DNA from: Scyliorhinus canicula
Lineage: Eukaryota
Direction: 5' to 3'
Assembly (NCBI RefSeq): GCF_902713615.1
Contig: NC_052146.1
Coordinates: forward strand, 195,071,199 to 195,135,198
DNA length: 64,000 bases
The notes under the pieces were generated by a model. It ran no database searches and was not told the DNA's origin. It saw only the letters and a program-made list of their open reading frames with translations. Shown in pieces: positions 12,205 through 23,485 of the stretch; position 1 is the first letter of the stretch; every line of letters starts with the position of its first letter. Made by a program: the position numbers and the translations under genes.

Positions 12205-12760
12205 TCCATAGCCGGCATGTTTAGCCGTGTGTATCCCGGTGCCCGCAGCGCTAAGAAACACATGGCTATACATCGGCACTCGTTTTGAATAAGGGCCCTC
12301 AGCGGGGAACGCACATAGCCCTGTTTTCTACACCGAGGAATTCTGCTTGCCGGCACTCCTCAGTATAGCAAGAGATCGCAACGCCATTTTCAAATGCCTT
12401 CCTGATCTTCGAAGCCCCCGAAGCAATCCCCGACCCCGCAGTCCCAACGCACAATGGGAAGGTCCCCTACACACCCCGCATCCCCCCCCCCCCCCCTCCC
12501 CCCTCCCTCTCAACACCTGCGCAGAGCACCCTGGCCAGATCACACCCGCACAAGAAATGCCAGCCTGGCACCTTGGCAGTGCCAACCTGGTAGTGCCCAT
12601 GCCAGCTGGCAGTGCCACCTGGGCACCTTGGCAGTGCTAGGCTGGCACCCAAGTGGCACTGCCAGGGTGTCAGGCTGGCACCAGCAGTGTTAGGTACTAC
12701 CCTGTCCAAAGGGTATGCACCTGGGAACCTGGTCCAATCCCCTGGGAGACACAGAAACAG
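12205..12760. repeat. GC-rich interspersed repeat, possibly DNA-transposon/MITE-derived; related piece at 11221-11335
   Basis: gtttagccgtgtgt...gcgctaagaaacaca motif shared with 11252-11290; internal ggcac/gtgcc short inverted motifs. Confidence 0.4.
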
Positions 12761-12897
12761 GAAACTGACCTTTGCATCACCCTGATCCCCACATATATAG
12801 TAATAGCGCCCCGATCCATCTAGTAGCTTAACAGCAGACCATACAAGTTAACAGAGTGTCCAATACCCCATATAGACAGTTAGTGTCCCAGATCCCC

Positions 12898-13084
12898 AGT
12901 CCACAGATGTGCAGGTTAGGTGGATTGGCTGTGCTAAATTGCCACTCAGTGTCCAAAAGGTTCGGTGGGGATGCTAGATTGCGGGAATGGGGTGGAAGCA
13001 TTGGCTTAAGTGGGGTGCTCTCTCTGAGGGCTGGTGCAGACTTGATGGGCCGAATGGCCTCTTTCTGCACTGTAGAGATCCTAT
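12898..13084 (+). mobile_element. Long HE1-type V-SINE, 3' half
   Basis: gatgtgcaggttaggtggattgg...ctgcactgtagagatcctat. Confidence 0.85.
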
Positions 13085-13345
13085 CCCCTTATGTAAATCA
13101 ATAGCGTCCAATACTGCTACACATGGTTAGTGTCCCAGAACCCCATATGTAACAACATATTGTCCCATACGATTATACAGAGTTTCAGTGCCCCTAAAGG
13201 AACAGTGACCTTTGAGTTACCCAGATCCCCATAAAAATATAGCACAGTGCTCTGTACCCTCTATGTAGTTTAACACAGTGTCCAATTTTTAAAGAAAATG
13301 TTTGCACCCACACTGTCTCTTTTTTCTCTTTGAGGAATAACGGGA

Positions 13346-13878
13346 GAACATAGAACATAGAAAAATACAGCACAGAACAGGTCCTTCTGCCCACGATGTT
13401 CTGCCGAACTTTTGTCCTAGATTAAGAACAAATTAATCTACACCCCATCATTCTACCGTAATCCATGTACCTATCCAATAGCCGCTTGAAGGTCCCTAAT
13501 GTTTCCAACTCAACTACTTCCACAGGCAGTGCAATCCATGCCCCCACTACTCTCTGGGTAAAGAACCTACCTCTGACATCCCCCCCTATATCTTCCACCA
13601 TTCACCTTAAATTTATGTCCCCTTGTAATGGTTTGTTCCACCCAGGGGAAAAGTCTCTGACTGTCTACTCTATCTATTCCCCTGATCATCTTATAAACCT
13701 CTATCAAGTCGCCCCTCATCCTTCTCCGTTCTAATGAGAAAAGGCCTTGCACCCTCAACCTTTCCTCGTAAGACCGACTCTCCATTCCAGGCAACATCCT
13801 GGTAAATCTCCTTTGCACCTTTTCCAAAGCTTCCACATCCTTCCTAAAATGAGGTGACCAGAACTGCACACAGTACAA
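13346..13878 (-). mobile_element. Young CR1 LINE 3' end
   Basis: ORF 13567..13878 YCVQFWSPHFRKDVEALEKVQRRFTRM; (agaacat)n tail. Confidence 0.9.
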
Positions 13879-14479
13879 GTGATGGAAGGATTCCCAACCG
13901 GATTAGCAGCTCGTTGAACTGAGTTAATGCTCCTTTTCTGGTTAACAAGTCCTGATGTTGGACTCGAATGTGGAGCTTCTGATCCAAGGGAAGGGACACA
14001 ACCACTGCGCTACTTAGGCATCCAACCATGCGCAATATTCCTACATGTATGGTTATACAATGTATCAGGCCCCTACATATATCTAGCAACACAGTGTCCC
14101 ATGTATGTTAATAGTGTCCAATATCCCAGATAGACAGTAAGTGTCCGAGAATCTCCCCCCCCCCCCCCATGTAATTTAGTGTTCAATAGCCCTATACAGT
14201 ATCTCAGATCCCCTATCTATATCCAGTCAGTGTTCCACAACTGCTATCCACATGTAACTGAACAATATTTAATACCCCTTATAATCAGTGTCCCAGACTC
14301 CCCTATATAACTTAATCCTTTTTACATATATTATAGTGTTTCATACCTCTATAAGTATAGTTATACAGAGTTCCCAAACCCCTATAGATACAATTAAACA
14401 AGGTTCCTGCTCCTACATATAGTTACATACAGACTCCAGTTACACACAGGCTTCTCCTCTTGCTCTCCAGGTTCAGGCT

Positions 14480-14830
14480 CTGCTCCACCACGTGGTGTCC
14501 CGCTGTGACCCGTGACCCCTCACCCAGCCAATCAACATGAAGCCGAGCGGAGGCGCCAAAGCGGCGGAGAGGCCCCGAGCCCGGGCCCGGGCCTGAAGCC
14601 GAAGCCGAGGCCAGCCTGAGCCCCGGGGCCGTTCCCCCTGACCATAGATTTCTCTCTGTTGTGTAAGCGAGCGGCCGTCATGCAGTAAGTTCCCCGGCCC
14701 GAGGGCGCTTGAGAGGAATCGGCCGGTGCCGAGGCTTCGGGCCTGTAGGATCCCGGGCGCAACTTCACATCAGCCGGATAACCCCCCCCCCCCCCCCCTT
14801 CCCCATAACCCGGGAACCCCACTCCAACAA
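14480..14830. promoter_or_regulatory. CpG-island bidirectional promoter shared by URB2 (-) and TAF5L (+)
   Basis: GC/CpG-rich patch between divergently transcribed genes. Contains palindromic E-box CACCACGTGGTG (14486-14497), CCAAT box (cagCCAATca, 14525-14534) and a GCCCGGGCCCGGGC palindrome. URB2 and TAF5L are also head-to-head in human. Confidence 0.8.
14524..14640 (-). other. URB2: Candidate URB2 non-coding exon 1 (5' end uncertain)
   Basis: Minus-strand donor TGG|GTGAGG at 14524/14523 at the edge of the CpG island. The first coding exon has an acceptor 3 nt before the ATG, so an upstream UTR exon is required. Confidence 0.5.
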
Positions 14831-15679
14831 CCCAGGTAACCCCCCCCCCCAACAACCCAGGGTAAACCCCCCCCCCCCACAACCCAGGGTAACCCCCCCC
14901 CCCCCAACAACCCAGGTAACCCCCCCCCCCCAACAACCCAGGTAACCCCCCCCCCCCCAACAACCCAGGTAACCCCCCCCCCCAACAACCCAGGTAACCC
15001 CCCCCCCAACAACCCAGGTAACACCCCCCCCCAACAACCCAGGTAACCCCCCCCCCAACAACCCAGGTAACCCCCCCCCCCCCAACAACCCAGGTAACCC
15101 CCCCCCCCAACAACCCAGGTAACCCCCCCCCCCAACAACCCAGGTAACCCCCCCCAACAACCCAGGTAACCCCCCCCCAACAACCCAGGTAACCCCCCCC
15201 CCCAACAACCCAGGTAACCCCCCCCCCAACAACCCAGGTAACCCCCCCCCCCCCCCAACAACCCAGGTAACCCCCCCCCCAACAACCCAGGTAACCCCCC
15301 CCCCACAACCCAGGTAACCCCCCCCCCCAACAACCCAGGTAACCCCCCCCCCCCCCAACAACCCAGGGTAACCCCCCCCCCCCCCAACAACCCAGGGTAA
15401 CCCCCACAACCCAGGGTAAACCCCCGCCCCCCACAACCCAGGGTAACCCCCCCCACAACCCAGGTAACCCCCCCCCCACAACCCAGGTAACCCCCCCCCC
15501 AACAACCCAGGTAACCCCCCCCCCAACAACCCAGGTAACCCCCCCCAACAACCCAGGTAACCCCCCCCCCAACAACTCAGGTAACCCCCCCCCCCAACAA
15601 CTCAGGTACCCCCCCCCCCAACAACTCAGGTAACCCCCCCAACAACTCAGGTAACCCCCCCCCCACAACTCAGGTAACC
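14825..15679 (+). repeat. C-rich minisatellite, ~35 units of CAACAACCCAGGTAA + C5-14
   Basis: 35 (CA)GGTAA/GGTAC cores counted by eye, mean period ~24 bp. Confidence 0.97.
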
Positions 15680-16262
15680 TACCCACTCTCTGCCAACCTG
15701 AGTTGACCTGCCCCCACCCCACTCCTCCAACCTGGGTTGACCCGCCAACCTGGGTTGACCAGCCCCGCCTCTCCGCAAAGCCGGGTTGACCCACCCCTTC
15801 CCTCTCTGCCAAGCCGGGTTGACTCGTTCCCCTCCCTCTCTGCCAAGGCAGGTTGACCCACCCCCTCTCCGCTAACTGGATTGACCCGCCCCCTCTGCCA
15901 AGCCAGATTGACCTGCCCCCCCCCCCTCTCCGCCAAGCCGGATTGACCTGCCCCCTCTCCGCCAAGCTGGATTGACCTGCCCCCCCCTCCCCCCCCTGCC
16001 AAGCTGGGTTGACCTACCCACATTCCCTGCCAAGCTGGGTTTACCGCCCCCCCCCTTTGCGAATCTGGGTTGACCCCCCCCTTCTGCTAAGGCGCATTGA
16101 ACTGCCCCCCTCTCCGCCAAGCCAGTTGATCCGCCCACATTCTCCGCCAAGCCGGGCTGACCTTCCCACATTCTCCGCCAAGCCGGGTTGACCCGGCCAC
16201 ATTCTCCTCCAAGCCGGGTTGATCCGTTTCCCCCCTCTGCCAAGCCGGGTTGACCCCACCCC
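15680..16262 (+). repeat. Diverged ~30-bp minisatellite (ctctccgccaagccgggttgaccc...) contiguous with the previous array
   Basis: Recurring gccaagccgggttgac core. Confidence 0.9.
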
Positions 16263-16546
16263 CAAAAAGGTCTGACCCCCACCAAACCCATGTTAATCTC
16301 CCCCTCCCAGCTCACGTTAAACACCCCACCCCACCCCTGAACCTGGGATAACCGCCCCCAACCAGGCCTCAGCCAAATCTGGAGTTGAATGGTTAATCTT
16401 TGCCATGTTTGTTCAACTATGAGTAAGTGGAATAGAGGGCTGTACCTGGGTGAATGGCAATGGTGAGAGGGGGACCTGGGGCTTCAAACGAAAAGGTGAG
16501 GCTGCAGTTCAGCACTTGGGTAACATGAAGAAATATTACTGATAAT

Positions 16547-16779
16547 TTTTATTTTAAAAAATAAATTAGAGTACCCAATTAATTTTTTCCAATTAAGGGG
16601 CAATTTAGTGTGGCCAATCCACCTAACCTGCACATCTTTGGGTTGTGGGGGCGAAACCCACGCAAACACGGGGAGAATGTGTAAACTCCACACGGATAGT
16701 GACCCAGAGTCAGGATCGAGCCTGGGACCTCGGCGCCATGAGGCAGCAGGGCTAACCCACTGTGCCACCGTGCTGCCCT
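16547..16779 (-). mobile_element. Short HE1-type V-SINE, 85 bp upstream of the TAF5L first coding exon
   Basis: TSD aaatattactgataat / aaatgttactgataat. Confidence 0.9.
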
Positions 16780-16866
16780 AAATGTTACTGATAATACTGG
16801 CCTTAAAAGTATAACTGTTGTGTACAGCCCTTCATGTTGATTTTGTTTGCTTGTAACAATTAGACC

Positions 16867-17008
16867 ATGAAGCGAGTGCGTACAGAACAGATTCAGACTG
16901 CAGTGGCTCAGTACCTCCGAAGAAGACAATATGTAGACACCGATGGAGCCATGAAGCAAGGACCCAAATTCTCTCAGACTGCAGAGGAAATGGCAACTAA
17001 TTTAACAG
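16867..17008 (+). CDS. TAF5L: TAF5L (SAGA/PCAF-complex WD40 subunit) first coding exon, 142 coding bp
   Basis: MKRVRTEQIQTAVAQYLRRRQYVD... is the TAF5L N-terminus. Acceptor tAG|ACCATG at 16864, donor ACAG|GTATAG. Confidence 0.96.
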
Positions 17009-17351
17009 GTATAGCAAAGACCAAGCTGAGCAATGATGTGAATGGTTGCATTTTATTTTATGGACTGGTCCAGTGACAATACCATTGCACCAACACCACC
17101 AGCTGGTGTACCCTGCTTTTATTGAATTAGGCTGTATGTGTGGTAACTGAGGGTCAGCACACATGGGTTCAGGCTGTTAGATCAGCTGTGTGAAAGAGGC
17201 ATTGTAATTCAGAATGAGTAACAAAAGTATTGGATGTACCACTGCCACAATTCTGAAATTGGGGAATACAGTGCATTAAAGCATGAATAATTTGGGTGCC
17301 GTTTCCATGTTGATGGCATTCACTGTTCTAGATTTCTAATTCTAGGTTCCG

Positions 17352-17726
17352 AGGGTGGCATAGTGCTTGGTACTGCTGCCTCACACTGCCCGGGAACCGG
17401 GCTCAATTCTGACCTTGGGTGACTAGTTGTGTGAAATATGTATGTTTCCTCTTCTTTCCCCCCCCCCCCCCCCCCCCCCCCCCAATGTGTGCTTGGGTTT
17501 CCTCCAGGTGATCCTGTTTCTTCCCACAGTCCAAAGATGTGCAAGTTAGGTGGATTGGCCATGCTGAATTGCCTCTTGGTCTCCAAAGATGTTCAGGTTG
17601 GGTAACTGGTATAGGGCAGCATGGACGGGGGAGTGAACATGGGTAGGGTGCTCATTTGGACGGCCAGTAGTGATGCAATGGGCCAAATGGCCTCCTCCTG
17701 CACTGCAGGGGTTCTATGATTCTATG
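17352..17726 (+). mobile_element. Long HE1-type V-SINE with internal poly-C, abutting the truncated L1
   Basis: Tail ttctatgattctatg. Confidence 0.85.
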
Positions 17727-20700
17727 TGCTGCCTAATAATACCCCGGGAGGTTGGGTAACGCTAGCCCCCCACCATCTCTGCCCCGCTCCAAGAAGACCC
17801 TCTTCACCTTCGGGGTCCCATGCGCCCAAACAAAGCTCGTGATGCTGCTAGTCACCCTCCTAAAAAAGGCCCCAGGGATAAAGATGGGCAAACACTGAAA
17901 AAGGAACAAGAACCTCGGGAGCACCGTCATTTTGATGGCCTGCACTCTACCCGCCAGCGATAGCGGCACCATGTCCCACCTTTTAAATTCCTCCTCCATC
18001 TGCTCCACAAACCTGGTAAAATTAAGCTTGTGGAGATTCCCCCAACTCCTGGCCACCTGCACCCCCAGATACCTAAAACTCTTCACTGCCCTCTTAAACG
18101 GAAGCCTACCAATTCCCTCCTCCTGATCACCTGGGTGCACTACAAATACCTCGCTCTTGCCCAGATTCAGCTTATAGCCCAAGAAGCCCCCAAACTCAGC
18201 CAACAGCTCCATCACCCCCAGCATTCCCCCCACTGGGTCCGCCACACACAGCAGCAGGTCGTCCGCATACAGCGATACCCGATGTTCCTCCCCAACCCGC
18301 ACCAGACCCCTCCACCTCCCTGACTCCCTCCACGCCATAGCCAGAGGTTCAATTGCCAGTGCAGAAAGCAAGGGGGACAGGGGGCACCCCTGCCTGGTCC
18401 CACGGTAGAACCTGAAATACTCTGACCTCCTTCCATTAGTAACTATACTCGCCATCGGGGCCTCATAAAGCAACCTCACCTTTTTGATGAACCCCTCCCC
18501 AAATCCAAACCTCTCCAGCACCTCCCACAGGTACCCCCACTCAACTCTATCAAAGGCCTTCTCTGCATCTAGCGCCACCACTATCTCCGCCTCCCCCTCC
18601 ACCGCCGGCATCATCATAACATTTAACAACTTCCGCACATTCGTGTTAAGCTGTCTTCCCTTGACAAATCCTGTCTGATCCTTGTGTATCACCCCTGGCA
18701 CACAGTCCTCTATCCTGGCTGCCAGGATCTTCGCCAGCAACTTAGCATCCACATTGAGGAGCGAGATTGGCCTGTATGATCTGCACTGCAGGGGGTCCTT
18801 ATCCCGCTTCAGGATCGAAGAAATCAGCGCCTGTGACATCGTCGGGGGCAAAGCCCCCCCCTCCCATGCTTCATTGAAGGCCCGCACCAACAGGGGGCCC
18901 ACCAGGTCCGCATACTTTTTATAAAATTCCACCGGGAACCCATCTGGCCCCGGCGCCTTCCCTGACTGCATTTGACCAATCCCCCTGACTAGCTCCTCCA
19001 ACTCAACCGGCGCCCCCAGCCCCTCCACCAGCTCCTCCTGCACCTTTGGGAAACGTAGCCTGTTCATAAAGATCTTCATCTCTCCCCCCCCCCCCCCCCC
19101 CCCCCCTCCCCCAAACTGGTGGCTCCGACCGGTATAGTTCCTCGTAAAAGTCCCTAAAGACCCCGTTGACCTCTGCCCCCTTCCGCACCACATTCCCACC
19201 CTTATCCATCACTCCACCAATTTCCCTAGCCGCATCCCGCCTGCGGAGCTGATGCGCCAGCATCCTGCTCGCCTACTCCCCATACTCAGAAACCGCGCCT
19301 TGCGCCTTCCTCCACTGTGTCTCCGCCTTTCTGATGGTCAGCAAGTCGAACTTGGTCTGCAAGCTACGCCGTTCCCCCAACAATCCCTCCTCCGGGGCTT
19401 CCGCGTACCTCCTATCCACATCTAGGAGCACCCCCACCAGTCTCTCCCTCTCCCTCCTCTCCCTATGGGCCCGGATGGAAATCAGCTCCCCCCGGATCAC
19501 TGCCTTCATAGCCTCCCAAACCATCCCCACCTGGACCTCCCCCGTATCGTTGGCCTCAAGGTACCCCTCAATACTTCCCCGGACCCTCCTACACACCTCA
19601 TCGGCCAGCAACCCCACGTCCAGACGCCACAGCGGGCGCTGGTCCCGCACCTCCCCCATCTCCCGATCGACCCAGTGCGGAGCATGGTCCGAAATTGCTA
19701 TCGCCGAATACTGGGGCAGCAGGGTAGCATGGTGGTTAGCATAAATGCTTTACAGCTCCAGGGTCCCAGGTTCGATTCCCGGCTGGGTCACTGTCTGTGT
19801 GGAGTCTGCACGTCCTCCCCCTGTGTGCGTGGGTTTCCTCCAGGTGCTCTGGTTTCCTCCCACAGTCCAAAGATGTGCGGGTTAGGTGGATTGGCCATGC
19901 TAAATTGCCCGTAGTGTCCTAATAAAAGTAAGGTTAAGGGGGGGGTTGTTGGGTTACGGGTATAGGGCGGATACGTGGGTTTGAGTAGGGTGATCATGGC
20001 TCGGCACAACATTGAGGGCCGAAGGGCCTGTGCTGTGCTGTACTGTTCTATGTTCTATGTTCCACCCTCGGGATCAATCCCCTGCTCAGGACGAAAACAT
20101 CTATTCAGGAGTAAACCCTATGCACATGGGAGAAAAAGGAATAGTCCCGCGCCCTCGGCCTCCCGAACCTCCAGGGATCCACCCCTCCCATCTGGTCCAT
20201 AAACCCCCTCAGCACCTTGGCCGCCGCCGGCCTCTTACCCGTCCTTGAACTGGACTAGTGGGGGATCCAGCACCGTGTTAAAGTCTCCTCCCATGACCAG
20301 GCCCCCTGCCTCCAGGTCCGGAATGCGGCCCAACATACGCCTCATAAAGCCAGCGTCATCCCAATTCGGGGCATACACGTTTACCAGCACCACCTTCTCT
20401 CCCTGCAGCCTACCCTTCACCATAACAAACCTGCCCTCCTTGTCCGCCACCACCTCAGACGCCTCGAACGCCACCCTCTTCCCCACCAGAATCGCCACCC
20501 GCCGGTTCTTCGCATCTAATCCTGAGTGGAAAACCTGCCCCAGGTGGCGAACCTGGTCCGCCACCTTCAAGTGGGTCTCCTGGAGCATAGCCACGTCCGC
20601 CTTCAGCCCCTTCAAATGAGAAAATACTCAACTTAACCGGCCCATTCAGCCCCTCACGTTCCAGGTGATCAGCCGGATCAGAGGGCACCCCGGCCCCCTC

Positions 20701-21697
20701 CCTCCTCCGACTAGCCATAGCTCATCGACTGCTCGCCCCAGGCCAGCACACCCCGCCCGACCCGTTCCCCATGACGATAGCGCCTCTCCCCTACCCCCCC
20801 GGCCCACACCAGCTCCTTCCTAGCCAGTCCAGCAGCAACCCGGTATCATCCCCCCCACCCCCCAGGCTAGGACCCCTCCTAGCCGCGACGCACCCGCCAT
20901 GGTACGTCCGTGAGTCAGCTGACTTCTGCTGACCCCGGCAACTCCCGCCAAAACCCGGCCCCTCCCAACATGGGGTCATCCCCCCTCCTGCCACTCCTCC
21001 TTGCCACCGCTTCAGCGCGGGAAAAAACTAGTAGAGGCCACGCCTCCACTGCCAGCTCCACCCCTCCTGCCCCGCAGCACGGGAAACCAGAGGAAAGCCC
21101 GCGCTTTCACACTGCCCCACCCCACCTTTCTGACGCAGCTCCCAAATTCCAGCTCCACCCCTTCCCCCAGCCCCGTACAGAAAAAAAAACAAACCCCCAA
21201 CATTCCCCAAATAACACAAAACCATACCCAACAGAACCACCCGGAAACAGAGCAAGAACCAGCATAAAAAACACATATCTAAGTTACAAAAACAGCAACA
21301 GCAAAAATAGAAACAACCGTAGTACACAAGACCCCGCAGCCCCCAAACCCTAGTTCGAGTCCAGCTTCTCCGCCTGCACAAAGCGCCACGCCTCCTCCGG
21401 GGACTCGAAGTAGTAATGCCGGTCCTTGTATGTTACCCACAGACGCGCAGGCTGCAGCATTCCAAATTAAACCTGCTTGTTATGCAGCACCGCCTTCGTC
21501 CGGTTGAACCCAGCCCACCGCTTAGCCACCTCCGTACTCCAGTCCTGGTAGATTCGCACTACCGAGTTCTCCCACTTGCTGCTCCTCTCCTTCTTGGCCC
21601 AGCGCAGCACACACTCCCGGTCACTGAACCGATGGAACCGCACCAGCACCGCCCGCGGGGGTTCATTCGCCTTGGGCATCACCGCAACCGGAAGTCC
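17727..21697 (-). mobile_element. Second copy of the same L1 family in TAF5L intron; 3'-truncated, 640-nt 5' internal deletion, SINE inserted at 19713-20061
   Basis: ORF 17733..19199 is the RT (GTRQGCPLSP, LYADD), 20235..20615 the EN, 21467..21715 the ORF1 C-half. Collinear with the 54-59 kb copy. Confidence 0.93.
19713..20061 (+). mobile_element. Long HE1-type V-SINE inserted into L1 ORF2
   Basis: (tgttcta)n tail. Comparison with the other L1 copy shows ~8 bp lost at the site and no TSD. Confidence 0.92.
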
Positions 21698-21699
21698 CC

Positions 21700-22895
21700 C
21701 CAGGTGTCTTTTCACGTCTTAATCCTCTCTACCCTCGCTCCTCCAACAACAGGCGGAAGAAGCTTGTGAACTTCCTTGTTACGAAGATTGAGCTTCCCTA
21801 CTACCTTCCAAACCTCCTCTAAGATGCACCCCTGTCACAGCCCTGTCAGTGCATTTTTCTCTACTACTTCTTCTTCTATCTCCCCTTCAAGACCATCTTG
21901 TCCATGAGACCCATCACTTGCTCCCTCAATCTTATTCCCAGTCTCTTTATTTCAATAAAATGCTGACCACTCAATTGTCCTTTTTATGTTCCAATTATTT
22001 GTTTCTTTTCCTTTCATGGCAAGTGGCATTGTTGGCAAGGCCAGAATTTGTTGCCCATTCTTAATTGCCCTTGAAATGAGTAGCTCGTTGGATCATTTCA
22101 GAGGGCAGTTTGAGTCAACCATTTTATTGGGGTCTGAAGCCAGGCCTGGTAAGGATGGCAGATTTCCTTCTCCAAAGGACATTAATAAACCAGATGGTTT
22201 ACAACAATCATTGATTTTTGTCATGGTCACCATTACTGATACTAGCTTTATAAATTCCAGATTTATTAATTGAATTAAAATTTCATCAGCTACTGTTGTA
22301 GTGTTTAAATCCATGTCCCCAGAGCATTAGCCAGACTCCCTGCATCATTAGTCCAGTGACATTACCACTACATAATTTCTTAATGCTGATATTGTTACCA
22401 TCACCATCCCATCCCACAAAAATAATCCGACTTCTCTATCCTTGTAAACCACCGCTTCATTTCCAAAGTCCCTTTTTTCTTCAATGTCCTTGAGCAGATC
22501 TTTCTCAGTGCCACTTTTGAATTTCAGCTCCCTTTCTTTACCATAATAAAAGACTACTCAAAGTCACAAATAATATCCTATATGACAGTGACAAGGGTAA
22601 ACTACCTCTCCTTGTCCTTCTCGGCATGACTGCAGCCTTTAACCACAGCATCCTCCACTGTCGTCCAGCTGGCTAGAATTGCACTCACACTTGTGAATCG
22701 ACTACAGTGGCTTCTCTTCATTGCCACACCACTTTGTTCCCTCTGGTGTCCCCCAAGGATCAATCAATGCTTGGTCTCCTATTTTCTGCTGCAATACTGA
22801 CCATCACTTCAGCACCCCTCTTCGCTGTCTCCAAATTGTCAGACTGCTTGTCTGGCAGGTAGTACTGGATGATCAGAAATTGCAGTTCAACTAAA
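21700..22895 (+). mobile_element. Degraded L2 RT fragment, split by a SINE at 22000-22372
   Basis: NHRFISKVPF-, LGMTAAF- and GVPQGS-like remnants; similar to 335-1130. Confidence 0.65.
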
Positions 22896-22899
22896 TATT

Positions 22900-23127
22900 A
22901 TTATTTCTTTTAATTTAGAGTACCCAATTAATTTTTTCCAATTAAGGGCAATTTAGCATGGCCAATCCACCTACCTTGCACATCCTTTTGGATTGTGGGG
23001 GTGAAACCCACGCAGACACGGGGAGAATGTGCAAACTCCACACGGACATTGACCTAGAGCCGGGATCGAACCTGGGACCTCGGTGCCGCGAAGCAGCAAT
23101 GCTAACCACTGCGCCACCGTGCTGCCA
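22900..23127 (-). mobile_element. Short HE1-type V-SINE
   Basis: Same consensus as the other short copies. Confidence 0.88.
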
Positions 23128-23264
23128 CGTGTTTATAAATATCTAATTTCTTTCACATTTACCCCATTGTTGATGGCATCTATAAAATGAGATGGGAATC
23201 GATTTTATGGTAAAAATGTTACAAAATGCAAACACCAAGTTCCAGTTAGGAATGTCACAAATGG

Positions 23265-23485
23265 AACAGCACGCTGGCACAGTGGTTAGCACTCCTGCCT
23301 CGGCGCCGGGGTCCAAGGTTCGATCCTGGCTTTAGGTCACTGTCCGTATGAAGTTTGCACATTCTCCCTGTGTTTGTGTGGGTTTCGCCCCCACAACCCA
23401 AAGATGCGCAGGGTAGGTGGATTGGCCACGCTAAATGGCGCCTTAATTGGGAAAAAATGAATTGGGCCCTCTAAAATAAAAAAAA
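23265..23485 (+). mobile_element. Short HE1-type V-SINE
   Basis: Perfect 17-bp TSD AGGAATGTCACAAATGG (23248-23264, 23486-23502). Confidence 0.92.

Larger units (their letters stand above)
12095..14450 (+). repeat. Ancient decayed minisatellite (cagtgtcccagatcccctatatatagtta-like) broken up by TE insertions
   Basis: Motif recurs at 12095-12190, 12780-12897, 13084-13290 and 14040-14450. Confidence 0.6.

Noticed and set aside
14825-15679. CRISPR-like look (constant repeat with variable spacers)
   Set aside because: The spacers are only poly-C runs, there are no cas genes and the DNA is vertebrate; it is a minisatellite.
14532-16324. Long Gly-rich minus-strand ORFs (477, 254, 228 aa and others)
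   Set aside because: They are open in several frames because the G-rich repeat lacks stop codons; no sign of a real protein.
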